A DNA stretch of 64,000 nt from Spirochaetales bacterium (GCA_027021365.1 JALUUM010000008.1:2804-66803), one strand, 5' to 3'; positions 1 to 10,034 are shown, counted from the first letter of the stretch. Notes: generated from the letters alone by a model not told the origin. A program made the numbers and translations.

Positions 1-1580
1 TGTGGATCCAGTCTTGATAAGAGAAAAACTAACTTATGTAATACCCCCATAGGGAAAGCACCAGAACCCACAGCAGGGTCCAATACCTTTAAATTATTAA
101 TGGATTCAATAACTAAATCAGTTTCCTCATCGGTAAAAGGATTAAGCTCGCTATTAGATGAAAATAAATCCTCTAACTTCTCATTGAAATTAACTATCTT
201 ATTATCAAGCTTTGCTCTAAAATATTCTTTCAAAGATTGTTCAACCATATAATTTACAATAGGCCGAGGTGTGTAATAACTCCCTGTCGTCTTTCTCGCT
301 GTAGTTGCTGTTTCAGGGTTATAACTGGCTAGTAGGTTTTCAAAAACTCTCCCTAACAGTTCAGGATCTAGTGCAACCTCTTCGTCATCCGGTGTATTTT
401 CATCAATTGTAAAATTATAAGAGCTTAAAATTGTTATTAATCCCCTTACGCGATATTTTTTCTCCTTTGTACCGTAATCGGAATTTAGATCTTCCTTTCT
501 CTCATCTGAAAAAAACAAATAATTAGGCACATTCGGTTGTTTAGAAGGGACATCAGAAAATCCATCAATCCTAATTTCTCTTCCTGTCTCATTTGATGGA
601 TCCTTTTTCGCTTTATCCAAACATTCGAATAAACCACCATTCAAGAAAGGGATATCCTTAAAAAGCAAAACCATGTCATCCGGATTTTTAAAAAGAGAAG
701 AGTATCTGTAATAGCTATGATTCATATAATCATCATTATAAAAATTATTTTTCCGTTCTTCAGTTCTAAACTTTCTCTCTTTTATGGGTATATTCAAAGT
801 AGCAAAGAAAAGATTCTGCAGTATAGCTTTATAGTAATTATTATCTTCATCAGAGAAGGATTTTAAATATTTAGAAATTTTACTTTTATTAAAAAGCTCA
901 TCTCCAATTAATCCCTTTTGCTTCATAAACCAAACAAATATCAGTCTTGTAATCAATCTTATAACTGCTATATTTCTGCCATTCTGTTCTTTTTCTGCAT
1001 CCCTGGGAAACTTTACTTTTTTTAATGCCCAAAAATACCAGTTAGCTATCTCTCTATAAAACGCTTCTGTTACTTTTTCTACACTAAAAGCTTCTTTTAA
1101 ACTATCCAGACTGGAAAAATCAGCTTCTTCAATCTGATGAATAAATGTTTTATTTGTCTCATTCCTACTAACATAATAAGTATACCTTTTAAAATTGCTC
1201 CAATCTCTTTTGCCGCCCTCTTTGGGAATATCATAAATTAATGAAAAACGAAAACTTCCTTCATCATCATAAAAAATAAATATTCCACCGGAATATTCAA
1301 TTTTATCTTTAAGTATACTTTTACCAATTTTGTATTGCTTCTTTTTACCAGAGCGCTCAGTAAGTTTTCTATTAACTTTAAAGGCATATATGCAAATCTT
1401 TTCATCAATCGATAAATCTATTTCACCTACATTTAGTCCATTACCAAAATCCTCATCTTCACCAATCTGAATCTCTTCGTTAATTGGTCGGAACCTGCGA
1501 CTTTTAATTCTAAAAAGATTGCTTAACTTTTCAGTTTCAAAATCTTGTATTAAATCCTCAATCACCTCTCGCACAGACAT
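1..1580 (-). CDS. Eco57I-like type IIG restriction-modification enzyme / N6-adenine DNA methyltransferase, 5' part (runs off the window start)
   Basis: Not in the ORF track. Manual translation from the ATG at 1580 (TAATG overlap with the helicase stop) gives MSVREVIEDL..., PFLNGGLF, LDPELLGRVFENLLA, TGSYYTPR and the SAM-binding motif VLDPAVGSGAF. Confidence 0.88.
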   Translation of the reverse strand, partial: MSVREVIEDLIQDFETEKLSNLFRIKSRRFRPINEEIQIGEDEDFGNGLNVGEIDLSIDEKICIYAFKVNRKLTERSGKKKQYKIGKSILKDKIEYSGGIFIFYDDEGSFRFSLIYDIPKEGGKRDWSNFKRYTYYVSRNETNKTFIHQIEEADFSSLDSLKEAFSVEKVTEAFYREIANWYFWALKKVKFPRDAEKEQNGRNIAVIRLITRLIFVWFMKQKGLIGDELFNKSKISKYLKSFSDEDNNYYKAILQNLFFATLNIPIKERKFRTEERKNNFYNDDYMNHSYYRYSSLFKNPDDMVLLFKDIPFLNGGLFECLDKAKKDPSNETGREIRIDGFSDVPSKQPNVPNYLFFSDERKEDLNSDYGTKEKKYRVRGLITILSSYNFTIDENTPDDEEVALDPELLGRVFENLLASYNPETATTARKTTGSYYTPRPIVNYMVEQSLKEYFRAKLDNKIVNFNEKLEDLFSSNSELNPFTDEETDLVIESINNLKVLDPAVGSGAFPMGVLHKLVFLLSRLDP

Positions 1581-4500
1581 TACAATTCTCCTGCTTCATT
1601 TTTATTTCTATTCTCAATAGCAATTATTATTTCTTTTTTAAGCTCTTTGATCCTTGATTTTTCTTTCTCAAGATAATTTTCTCCAAGCTCATCCATTAAA
1701 CTTTTAAGTTCGTTTACAACTTTTTCCAAATTATCAGTTTTGATGTTTGCAATCCTTCGGAGAGTATAATCTGAGAGGGTTCCATATTCGACAATATCCT
1801 CTCTAAGACTTCTTAAAAATCTTTTAAACCTAAGCAACTCGTTATCGTTGTTTACTCTTATTAGATACTGGAGATTATTTAATGCTTTTCTCTCTAAGCT
1901 TTGTTCACTGATAGCTATTGAGACATTTTCTTTATAATCCTTAATCAATTTATAGTTTTTCCAGAAATAACTGCTAAGCGGAATTGCTTTTTCCTCTGGT
2001 CCACATTCTATATTTTCAATTACATCTTCAAGTGTTACATCTTTAGGTTTTTTATCCTTCTCTCCCAGTTCCACTATATACATACGACTTTTCCTAAAAA
2101 ATACCAGCAATTTATTTTTATCAAAATATTTTGCTACTTTTATACGTGGCGGAAAACTGTTAAGGCCTTTAATCAAATTAGGATATTCTTTCTTTATATT
2201 TTCAAATATATTCAGAATTTTTGTATACAAACTTTCCATCTCAAGATTATCTGGATTTTCCTGCAGCCGTTGATATAAACCGGATGGAGTTGGTTCCTCA
2301 TCTATATCAAATATCTTAGAATCCTCACCAAGAGCATTATGAATGAGGAACATTTTGTTCTGAGCAATTTCCCTCGACTTAACTATTTCAGCCCCCTCTT
2401 CAGTGGGAAAGAAATTAACAATATAAAGTTCGTCGAATATTTTCTTACTTATCCTGTTAATGCGGCCAAGCCTTTGAATAACTCGTACAGGATTCCACGG
2501 TATATCGTAGTTTACTATTATTCCTGCCCTATTAAGATTAAAACCTTCAGAAATCTTATCAGTACATAAGAGAATATCATGATCATTTTCCTGCTCTGGA
2601 TAAGAAGCATCAAAGTTTTTATATATCTTTTCCGCTTTTGAAGTACTTAAATCTGAGCTTATAACAAGTAATCTATCACCAAAAGCTTTTCTAAGCTTAT
2701 TTTCTAAATATTTTACTGTATCTAAATATTCAGAAAAAATAATTACTTTTCTATCTGGTTCTTCTCTTCGCAATTTGTTTAATTTTTCTATTAAACATTT
2801 GCTTTTCGGATCATTATTTACAAGAGCTAAACTGGAAAGTTTCTTTAAAATTTTTTCAAATAATTCTATATCGGATTTTATATCCTGGACAAATTTTTCT
2901 TTATATCTAAATTTCTCAATTTTATAACGCTTATGCTTCTTTGGATAAACACCATTCCTTATCTGTTCCTCATAATCTAAAAGATATTTTTCTATTTCAT
3001 CCGTATCCAATTGGTATATTTTCTCTAGCAGTGTACGATCTAAAATATATTCACCTTTATACGGGTTACCATCTCCTGTCTTTATTATAAAATCCAAAGC
3101 ATCTTCATATATTTTTTTAAAATTTCTTATGCTCTGCTCAAAGGCACCAAAGGAACTTTCAAATCTCTTGACAATCAGTCTCCTCATGAAATCAAAAAGG
3201 TTTCTTTGCTGATAGAACTCACGATTTTTTTCTAATTTGGAAATTCCTTTGTTATTATTTATTACATCATCATTATAATTCTGCGCCCCCTCTTCATATT
3301 CAAAGGGTCTATAAATTGCTCCCTTGAATTTTCCTCCATTATCAGGATCCCCAAAATATTCCTTAATAATATCATCGTAAAAATAAGATTGTTCTCTTGT
3401 TAATTCAAAAAACCATTCCTTAGGATCTGCAACTTTTGACAGATTATCAACTTCATCCTTGTAATATGGATTGTATAGTAAATCAAGGCGATTTCTTCTA
3501 ATCGTAATTGGCTCTATTACATCTCTTATTTGCTTAGCAAGATAGTGTGTTCTAGCCTTTACTTTTTTTAAATCAATTTTCTTTTCACCAAATAAGGCAA
3601 AATAATATGATTCAGCTTTTTTTCTTTTCTTTAGGTCTTTAGAATTCCAATTCTTATAAATATAACCTAATTTATAGAATATAGTCTTAAATATTCTAAA
3701 TTTATTTACAATATCATCAGTTAGAGAAATCGAAGACTTTTTAGGAACTATAAAAAGTGAAATTAACGAGAGGATATCTGCTGGGCGATTATTGAAAGGA
3801 GTAGCTGTTAGGAGAATAACTATTCTACCTCGGCAAATATTTTTTAAGATTTCATAACTTTGTGTGTCCTGGTTTCTAAATCTATGTGCCTCATCTATAA
3901 TTATGACTTCTATTTCATCGTGAGCTTTTACAAATTCAAGAGTACTTTCTAAATCACCTAAAGATCTTACCTCCCAATCATGCAGACCAAATTCTTCCAT
4001 ATATTTCATCCACCCGGTTTTCTTATTTTTATCCCCAATAATACCAGGAGGACAGATTACAATTCCTCGTTTTCTTAATTGTTTTGCAATAGCACTGGCA
4101 ATTACAGATTTTCCTAACCCAACAACATCAGCAATAACAACACCATTATGGTTATCTATAACTGCTAATGCTTGTTGAACAGCATCAAGTTGATACCTAT
4201 ATGGTTTATAACCATTCTTCTCTAATAAATTTATTAATGTTTCACCAATTTCTTTTTGCTGAAAAGAATCTAAATAGCTTTTTAACACTAAACAGTAAGC
4301 TTCAAAGGGGGTAATCTCTTTTATTATGGTTTCATTTTCAATTAGTTTTATTAATCTTTTTTTTACTTCATTATCTTCTGTTATTTGGACTCCTTTTTCC
4401 CAAAGATCATCAAAATAATCCTCTGCATCTTCAAACCCATAATCAGAAATCTCAACATTAAATTCATCCTGTATTGTCAAACCTAATTTTGTTAAATTAC

Positions 4501-4969
4501 TGCTACCTGTAATGAAAAGGTTTCTTCTTCCAATCTGCTGAGATTCCAGTTTAAATAAATACAATTTAGCATGATTAGGATTATATGTTTTCCTTATTAT
4601 TAATCTATCTTCTTTGATAAGGTTTATAAAATATTTTATCTGTTCATAAAATTCTTCATTGTCAACATCATCAGAATTCAGTGTTTTTTTAACTGAGTTA
4701 AAAAAGAATTCTAACCTCTCCTCATCTGATAAATTATTTGTTTTCTCCCCATACTCTATTAATCCCAGATTAGTATTATCAACATTAAGACCAACCAATA
4801 CTTTTAAAATAACATTAGGATTATTTCTTAAACCTCTGTATAACTCCCGAATTCCAGAAAAGTAGAAAAAACCTACAAGAAATTTAAGTTCTTCACTTCC
4901 TCCAATTAATTCTAAAAGGCGTTTTTTTAGGTTCTTATTTGTACTATTATTTGTAATAAAATTTGGCAT
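1580..4969 (-). CDS. PLD-nuclease-domain SF2 (SNF2-like) helicase
   Basis: N-terminal PLD motif HAKLYLF...TGSSNLT; Walker A ADVVGLGKS, DEAH, LTATP, SEGFNL, QRLGRINR. Confidence 0.9.
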   Translation of the reverse strand: MPNFITNNSTNKNLKKRLLELIGGSEELKFLVGFFYFSGIRELYRGLRNNPNVILKVLVGLNVDNTNLGLIEYGEKTNNLSDEERLEFFFNSVKKTLNSDDVDNEEFYEQIKYFINLIKEDRLIIRKTYNPNHAKLYLFKLESQQIGRRNLFITGSSNLTKLGLTIQDEFNVEISDYGFEDAEDYFDDLWEKGVQITEDNEVKKRLIKLIENETIIKEITPFEAYCLVLKSYLDSFQQKEIGETLINLLEKNGYKPYRYQLDAVQQALAVIDNHNGVVIADVVGLGKSVIASAIAKQLRKRGIVICPPGIIGDKNKKTGWMKYMEEFGLHDWEVRSLGDLESTLEFVKAHDEIEVIIIDEAHRFRNQDTQSYEILKNICRGRIVILLTATPFNNRPADILSLISLFIVPKKSSISLTDDIVNKFRIFKTIFYKLGYIYKNWNSKDLKKRKKAESYYFALFGEKKIDLKKVKARTHYLAKQIRDVIEPITIRRNRLDLLYNPYYKDEVDNLSKVADPKEWFFELTREQSYFYDDIIKEYFGDPDNGGKFKGAIYRPFEYEEGAQNYNDDVINNNKGISKLEKNREFYQQRNLFDFMRRLIVKRFESSFGAFEQSIRNFKKIYEDALDFIIKTGDGNPYKGEYILDRTLLEKIYQLDTDEIEKYLLDYEEQIRNGVYPKKHKRYKIEKFRYKEKFVQDIKSDIELFEKILKKLSSLALVNNDPKSKCLIEKLNKLRREEPDRKVIIFSEYLDTVKYLENKLRKAFGDRLLVISSDLSTSKAEKIYKNFDASYPEQENDHDILLCTDKISEGFNLNRAGIIVNYDIPWNPVRVIQRLGRINRISKKIFDELYIVNFFPTEEGAEIVKSREIAQNKMFLIHNALGEDSKIFDIDEEPTPSGLYQRLQENPDNLEMESLYTKILNIFENIKKEYPNLIKGLNSFPPRIKVAKYFDKNKLLVFFRKSRMYIVELGEKDKKPKDVTLEDVIENIECGPEEKAIPLSSYFWKNYKLIKDYKENVSIAISEQSLERKALNNLQYLIRVNNDNELLRFKRFLRSLREDIVEYGTLSDYTLRRIANIKTDNLEKVVNELKSLMDELGENYLEKEKSRIKELKKEIIIAIENRNKNEAGEL

Positions 4970-4971
4970 AT

Positions 4972-5766
4972 TTATTTCCTCTTAATAAAATCTATATCCG
5001 TTTCTTTGCACTTTCTCTTTGTCTGGTCAAAGGTTACAGGGGAATAGTAGGTGCCCGGGTCCTGATATATATCCAGGCCACGGCCAGGAATAATCCTCCA
5101 GCCTTTATCAGTTTCTATCGAACGGTCATGAAGCTTGTCATCGAACTCATATTTAAAATTTATGTTGAGCTCATCCAGGGCCTTTTTTAGCTCTTCAAGC
5201 TTGTGTATCTGTTTCTCTTTTTCTTCTTCTGTAGATTCGTGCCCTGTAACCAGAGTAACCTCTATTCTTTCTTCACCAGGTTTCTTATCCGGTAAGATAC
5301 TACAGAAGGCAACAAGATTTTTTATCTGGTACTCTTTTCTAATGTAGGCATCTCTTATAATAATTCTACACGCATCCTTAATGTATGGATAAAAGAGGTT
5401 CTTATAGGAGTATCCTGTTTCATTCTCACTAATTCTAATTGTCATCTCCTCCGGCTCCCTGTAAGGATCAAGTTTTCCCTCCAATGGTTTTTCAGGTTGG
5501 CTTTTAGGTCTTTCGCCGCTTTCTTCTAAGGTTTTCCCTTTTTCTGTTAAGTTGTCACCTGCTTTCCCTACTATCTCTTTTACCCTGCCTATTTTCCCAT
5601 CTTCAAGTTTAACCATTATCCCATACGGATGAAATTGAGCTTTTGTAAGTATCTCGCTAACCACTCCTTCGAAGGTATTGCCGCTTCTATAGTCTCCCTT
5701 TAAAGCAATTCTAACTTTAAGCCCAGGCGAGATGTTGTCTCTGTAATTGCCCCGATCGTCAGGCAT
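4972..5766 (-). CDS. YwbE (DUF2196)-like domain fused to an MIT_C (MITD1-type PLD-like) domain
   Basis: Residues 1-66 (PGLKVRI..GVVSEILTK..HPYGIMVKLEDGKIGRVKEI) match the YwbE pattern. The C-terminus (GYSYKNLF..DAYIR..LHDRSIETDKGWRIIPGRGLDIYQ..RKCKET) matches the MIT_C pattern. Confidence 0.75.
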   Translation of the reverse strand: MPDDRGNYRDNISPGLKVRIALKGDYRSGNTFEGVVSEILTKAQFHPYGIMVKLEDGKIGRVKEIVGKAGDNLTEKGKTLEESGERPKSQPEKPLEGKLDPYREPEEMTIRISENETGYSYKNLFYPYIKDACRIIIRDAYIRKEYQIKNLVAFCSILPDKKPGEERIEVTLVTGHESTEEEKEKQIHKLEELKKALDELNINFKYEFDDKLHDRSIETDKGWRIIPGRGLDIYQDPGTYYSPVTFDQTKRKCKETDIDFIKRK

Positions 5767-5876
5767 AGTTATACATTCTCTCCAACATCTCTAATAATAC
5801 TTATTAAGAGAGAATTATCAATTAAGTTTTATATATAGTCTTCATATGGAGCTTCATCTTTCCCTCACTTCCGCCC

Positions 5877-6497
5877 TTACTTCCACACAAGGTCGAGAAA
5901 GAGCGATGTGGCTGCTACAGATTCACCTTCTATAAACATATAATTGGCAGCGATGCCGATATCCAGGCCAAAGCCGGTGTATTTGTTCAAAAGGTCGTAA
6001 GCTGCAAAGAGCTTTACCCCGTAACCGAAAGAACTTACTGTAGATGTTCCGACATTGGAGACCGCGACTATTCTTGAAAGCCCTGCACAACTTCCCAGGG
6101 AAAGGCCTCTGCCAAAGGGATAGTACTTTATACCGGGGGCAAAGAGATAAGTATTTAACTGCATGTAATAACCGTAAACGTCTTCTAAACGATCACCGAT
6201 TCCAGTTGCAGACAGTAAAAAATAGGCGTTACCAGTAATGTACCAGCCTAAATTGACATTCAGCATAAGAGAGCCCCTTTGAAGGCCATAAGAGGCTATG
6301 TAAGCAAGGTATGCATCTGTATCCGATCCATAACTTAGCCCCACCATGCCTCCGCCAATCTCAAAGAGGAAACCCCGCTTTTTCTCGATTGACTCTGGTG
6401 AGTCCAATGGGTCTGACAATTGGTCGGAACTAACGTATTCGCTCCCGCCCACCAGTAACAGCGAGAGAACAATCACCACTAAATTAAACCTCTTCAT
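5877..6497 (-). CDS. Exported protein, probable small outer-membrane beta-barrel
   Basis: Signal peptide, alternating amphipathic strands, aromatic C-terminus (LFLDLVWK), AGGAGG RBS. Confidence 0.6.
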   Translation of the reverse strand: MKRFNLVVIVLSLLLVGGSEYVSSDQLSDPLDSPESIEKKRGFLFEIGGGMVGLSYGSDTDAYLAYIASYGLQRGSLMLNVNLGWYITGNAYFLLSATGIGDRLEDVYGYYMQLNTYLFAPGIKYYPFGRGLSLGSCAGLSRIVAVSNVGTSTVSSFGYGVKLFAAYDLLNKYTGFGLDIGIAANYMFIEGESVAATSLFLDLVWK

Positions 6498-6708
6498 TAT
6501 AAAACCTCCTATTCTAACAAATCCGAAATACGTAAACTGAACTGCAAAATCTGTACCAGGGCATTAAGGATGGCTCAAACCGGTGTTATCGAGGATAAGA
6601 GATATTTTGCTTATAAAAAAATGAAACTTTAGTTTCTCCGGAAGTAACTGAAGTTATTTTAAATAGTTGAAAAAGGTTGTAACTTTAAAAGAATAAAGAT
6701 TGGTTGTA

Positions 6709-6831
6709 TTAATCCCAGGATTCTAAGCTCACCTTTTCCCACTCATCATTTATAATTTTATCTTCATTAGAAGTGTATTTGTAGCCTTCAATGAGAATCT
6801 TATCTAATTTCCGAAGATCTTCATTAGTCAT
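6709..6831 (-). pseudogene. 40-aa ORF resembling the C-terminus of a CopG/RHH-type (MazE/EndoAI-like) antitoxin, probable remnant
   Basis: Manual translation MTNEDLRKLDKILIEGYKYTSNEDKIINDEWEKVSLESWD*. The LIEGY...EWE...W pattern recalls such antitoxins; no toxin follows. Confidence 0.4.
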
Positions 6832-6955
6832 AATTTAATATACATACTCTGCTCATAAGATACCATCGGTTTCTTGATCAACCCAACAATTATTGTTAAT
6901 ATTTCAATCCCTACAAATTATAGTTCACTCTAAAATATTTAAGAGGAGTTTTCTT

Positions 6956-7363
6956 ATGTCACAGGAAAAGGTAAGAGAGATAATTAGCGATTCCCAGTTT
7001 GCAGTTCTTGCAACCTCAGTAGATGGGCAGCCCAGGGTAAGGCCCATGAAGTTTGTTGTAACCGATGACTTTAAGTTCTGGTGTTCAACAGTCAACATAA
7101 GCGGGAAGGTTAAAGAGTTAAAACAGAACAACAGGGTGGAAATATGCTGGGTGGACAGTAAAAAGAATCAAGTTAGAGTAGAGGGAATAGTCGATATAAG
7201 CGGCGGTGCAGATAAAAAGAGAAAGCTCTTCGAACTGCATCCCGGGATGCGGAGGCTGTTCAAGGACGAGTACGATCCCAAGCTTGTTCACGTGGAGGTC
7301 GTTCCTACCAATGTAAGATGGAAGGAACCGGGCTTCTGCGAATATCACAAGGTTGATATTTAG
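6956..7363 (+). CDS. Pyridoxamine 5'-phosphate oxidase family FMN-binding protein
   Basis: AVLATSVDGQPRVRPM, KVKELKQNNRVEIC, QVRVEG; start MSQEKV follows a GAGGAG RBS. Confidence 0.85.
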   Translation: MSQEKVREIISDSQFAVLATSVDGQPRVRPMKFVVTDDFKFWCSTVNISGKVKELKQNNRVEICWVDSKKNQVRVEGIVDISGGADKKRKLFELHPGMRRLFKDEYDPKLVHVEVVPTNVRWKEPGFCEYHKVDI

Positions 7364-7415
7364 AACGGCAAAAGCTGTAACCCGATAAGCAACCATCTCA
7401 ATAAACAATAATAGA

Positions 7416-7850
7416 TTGCAAAAGCCACTTCTTTATCTTAAAGTAATTAAAGTGAAGGATACAATCGACATAGTAAAGGAAATAATCAACTCGAAAAGAG
7501 GGATAACTTTAGCCATTCTCTATGGCTCGTTTGCCACAGGAAGAATCACTCCCGGCAGTGATATCGATATTGCAGTAGCGGCCAAAAACCCTATGTCTCC
7601 GGAAGAACTTGCAGAGATCAACCTGGAAATATCTGAAAAAACAGGAAGAAATACCGATGTAGTGGATTTAAACAGGGCAGAAGGAATTCTACTGAAAGAG
7701 ATTCTAACCAAGGGTAAACTTTTAAAAAAAGAAGACAGTAATCAGTATGCCAAGTTTATCATAAAGATGTTGGATTATCAGGAAGACATGGCTCCAAATG
7801 TAAGGCACATACTCAATACGAAAGTAAAAAGGTTTCTAAAAAATGGATGA
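7416..7850 (+). CDS. mntA: MntA-type minimal nucleotidyltransferase antitoxin (type VII TA)
   Basis: LYGSFATG..SDIDIAV, DVVDL; overlaps the downstream DUF86 gene. True start may be the GTG at 7452. Confidence 0.85.
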   Translation: MQKPLLYLKVIKVKDTIDIVKEIINSKRGITLAILYGSFATGRITPGSDIDIAVAAKNPMSPEELAEINLEISEKTGRNTDVVDLNRAEGILLKEILTKGKLLKKEDSNQYAKFIIKMLDYQEDMAPNVRHILNTKVKRFLKNG

Positions 7851-8085
7851 TGTAGTTTTAAATAAACTGGAATCTCTTACACGTTGTATAGGGAGGATAG
7901 AATCAAAACAACCTTTTTCCGTAGAACAATTAAAAAATAATTATGACTTGCAAGATATCATTTCCATAAACTTAGAAAGAGCAATTCAACTGTGTGTGGA
8001 TATTGGTTCTCACATTCTGGCTATAAAAAACTTGCCTGCTCCAAATTCCTTAAGAACCACCTTTAAAACCCACGTGGAAACATAA
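7843..8085 (+). pseudogene. hepT: Truncated HepT (DUF86/HEPN) RNase toxin
   Basis: N-terminal half is typical (LQDIISINLERAIQLCVDIGSHI), but it stops at 80 aa before any RX4-6H catalytic motif. Confidence 0.75.
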
Positions 8086-8121
8086 GTAACTTCGGTTACT
8101 TTTCTCGTAACCGGAGTTATG
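8085..8121 (+). terminator. Hairpin with a cUUCGg tetraloop and an alternative longer inverted repeat
   Basis: AAGTAAC-TTCG-GTTACTT followed by TTCTC; also TAACTTCGGTTAC/GTAACCGGAGTTA. Confidence 0.45.
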
Positions 8122-8171
8122 AAGAAAACGGCAATAGATATGTAATCAGGCATTACAAGGGCATTTCAAGT

Positions 8172-10034
8172 ATGCTTTCGCTGTGGCACGTATCATGCTT
8201 ACAGATTTGTGTCATGACATCCACCGGAATCACAGAAAAGCCAGTATCAATGGGAAACCAAATTTCAAAGCTCACAGAAAAGCTAAAGCAAATCCCAAGG
8301 GAGGAGCTCCTGGCTTCGCCGGGCTTATGGATAAGAATTGGGAGTTTTTATATCCTCAACTATGAAGATTCCAAAGGGAATCGATCGAAGAGGCTTGTAA
8401 AGGCATACGGTGTAAGCAACAACTGGAAGGGTATCGGGTCCGGAGGCTCTTATTACGGGAAAACCAGTTATTACGGCGGCAAGAATCAACTTTATTTGAA
8501 GACCTACTGTTACCTGAAAGAGGATAACAGAACCTTCAGGTTGGACAGAATTGTCTCTATATACAAGGCAGACTCGCTTTTGGCCTCCGGGTACCAGGCC
8601 TGGGAAGTCCAGGCGGCTTTGAACTTGAACAGGGGAGCGACCGCAGAGGCCGGGTATGCGCCGGCCAGTAAGAGGCATCCGCCTGTACAGCAGGATACGC
8701 CTGCCAGCGAGAAGGTATCGGCAGGCAAGGACTACCTGCCGGCACAGCAGGTAACGGCACAGCAGGATACGTTGGCCCGAAAGAGATACCTGCCGGCACA
8801 TCGGGGTAAATTCGTCTGCAAGCGCTATATACCCAAAATGGCTGACACGGTGAAGGCGGTTTCTGCCTACCTGGATGAGAGTGACCCGGACATACCAAAT
8901 ATAAAGGAACAAAAACGTAGAGAGAAGGCTGCCAAAAGGGCCGAGAGAAGAAACAAGATTTTCAACTTTATTATTGGCCTTTCTGCCTTTCTGCTGTTCA
9001 TGAACTGGGGATACTTCCAGGAACTCTTTACAGGTATCGTGGAGTTAGTAATCGACGAAGTCACGCCACCCTACAACCATAGCGTAAAACCACCGGTCGA
9101 TAGCACGAATCAAAATCAAATCTCCTACGAGAAGATAGAAAAAATCATAGAGGAGCTGGAGAAGGAGAGGCAGAAAAGCCTGAACAATAACAATAAAAAG
9201 GTAAAACCATTCAGTTTGGAAGATATTCCCGATATAGACCCGGAAACCATAGCATCGTACAGAGAGGTGGTGGCAAGTATCAACAAGTCTGTCGGGAAAA
9301 TCCAGCACCAGGAAAATAAGAAAAATCAACAAAATCGGAAGGGGAAGCAGAAGAGGCCAAGGGCATTAAGGGTGGTAAGAGAAATCGAGTACAGGGGTAT
9401 TACCATACAGGAGGTCGATACCGAATATGGAAAAAGATATTTGGCACCGGAACTGTCGATGGAGAACTTTTCACTCGATTACATGAAAGAAGAAATAAAC
9501 GATTACCTCTTTAGGGAAAAAACCGGAATAGACGATTTAAGTGTTCTTATCCTCTACAAGAGTGCCGATGAGAACGGGGACTTCCGATTATCGTGGGACG
9601 AAATACAGGATTTTCAAAATGAACTTTACCGAAACTACAAGTACAAGTCGAATCCAATTGCACTGCGGCCGGACCAGTTTATAGAACAGGATGGCGGCGA
9701 CTGTGAAGATTGGGCATTAATGACCGCCGGGCTTCTTAGATACTGGGGTTACACACCGTATATCGGAACACTTGCATATTATCAAAGGGCGAATCCTGGC
9801 CATGCCCTCTGTCTCTTATACTCTACGACTCCGCCCCCTTCAGGCATGGACTACCTGCATATAAGGGAGAATGATCCCCTGCGCACTTTTAATTCTGATG
9901 TAAAGCCAGGTTACTATGTGCCAATTGATTACACTGTGGTAGGTGGATACTCAAGGGTAATAACAGCTTCAGGTTACAAATGGTACTATGACATGATATA
10001 CGTACCGGAAAAAATCTATGGAATGGTGATGTAA
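8172..10034 (+). CDS. WYL-domain, single-TM protein with an extracytoplasmic EF-hand and transglutaminase-like cysteine protease domain
   Basis: WYL: YEDSKGNRSKRLV..YLKTYCYLKEDNRTFRLDRI. TM: IFNFIIGLSAFLLFMNWGYF. EF-hand: DENGDFRLSWDE. Triad: GDCEDWA / GHALC / PIDY. Start uncertain (8214 or 8250 possible). Confidence 0.78.
   Translation: MLSLWHVSCLQICVMTSTGITEKPVSMGNQISKLTEKLKQIPREELLASPGLWIRIGSFYILNYEDSKGNRSKRLVKAYGVSNNWKGIGSGGSYYGKTSYYGGKNQLYLKTYCYLKEDNRTFRLDRIVSIYKADSLLASGYQAWEVQAALNLNRGATAEAGYAPASKRHPPVQQDTPASEKVSAGKDYLPAQQVTAQQDTLARKRYLPAHRGKFVCKRYIPKMADTVKAVSAYLDESDPDIPNIKEQKRREKAAKRAERRNKIFNFIIGLSAFLLFMNWGYFQELFTGIVELVIDEVTPPYNHSVKPPVDSTNQNQISYEKIEKIIEELEKERQKSLNNNNKKVKPFSLEDIPDIDPETIASYREVVASINKSVGKIQHQENKKNQQNRKGKQKRPRALRVVREIEYRGITIQEVDTEYGKRYLAPELSMENFSLDYMKEEINDYLFREKTGIDDLSVLILYKSADENGDFRLSWDEIQDFQNELYRNYKYKSNPIALRPDQFIEQDGGDCEDWALMTAGLLRYWGYTPYIGTLAYYQRANPGHALCLLYSTTPPPSGMDYLHIRENDPLRTFNSDVKPGYYVPIDYTVVGGYSRVITASGYKWYYDMIYVPEKIYGMVM

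Noticed and set aside
1-5766. Calling the operon DISARM or BREX
   Set aside because: No drmA/B/C or brxC/pglZ genes are visible; only individual domains are shared. The locus is truncated by the window edge.
8680-8802. Short repeats (cagcaggatacg, tacctgccggcaca) as a separate element
   Set aside because: They are in-frame duplications within the low-complexity linker of the WYL protein.
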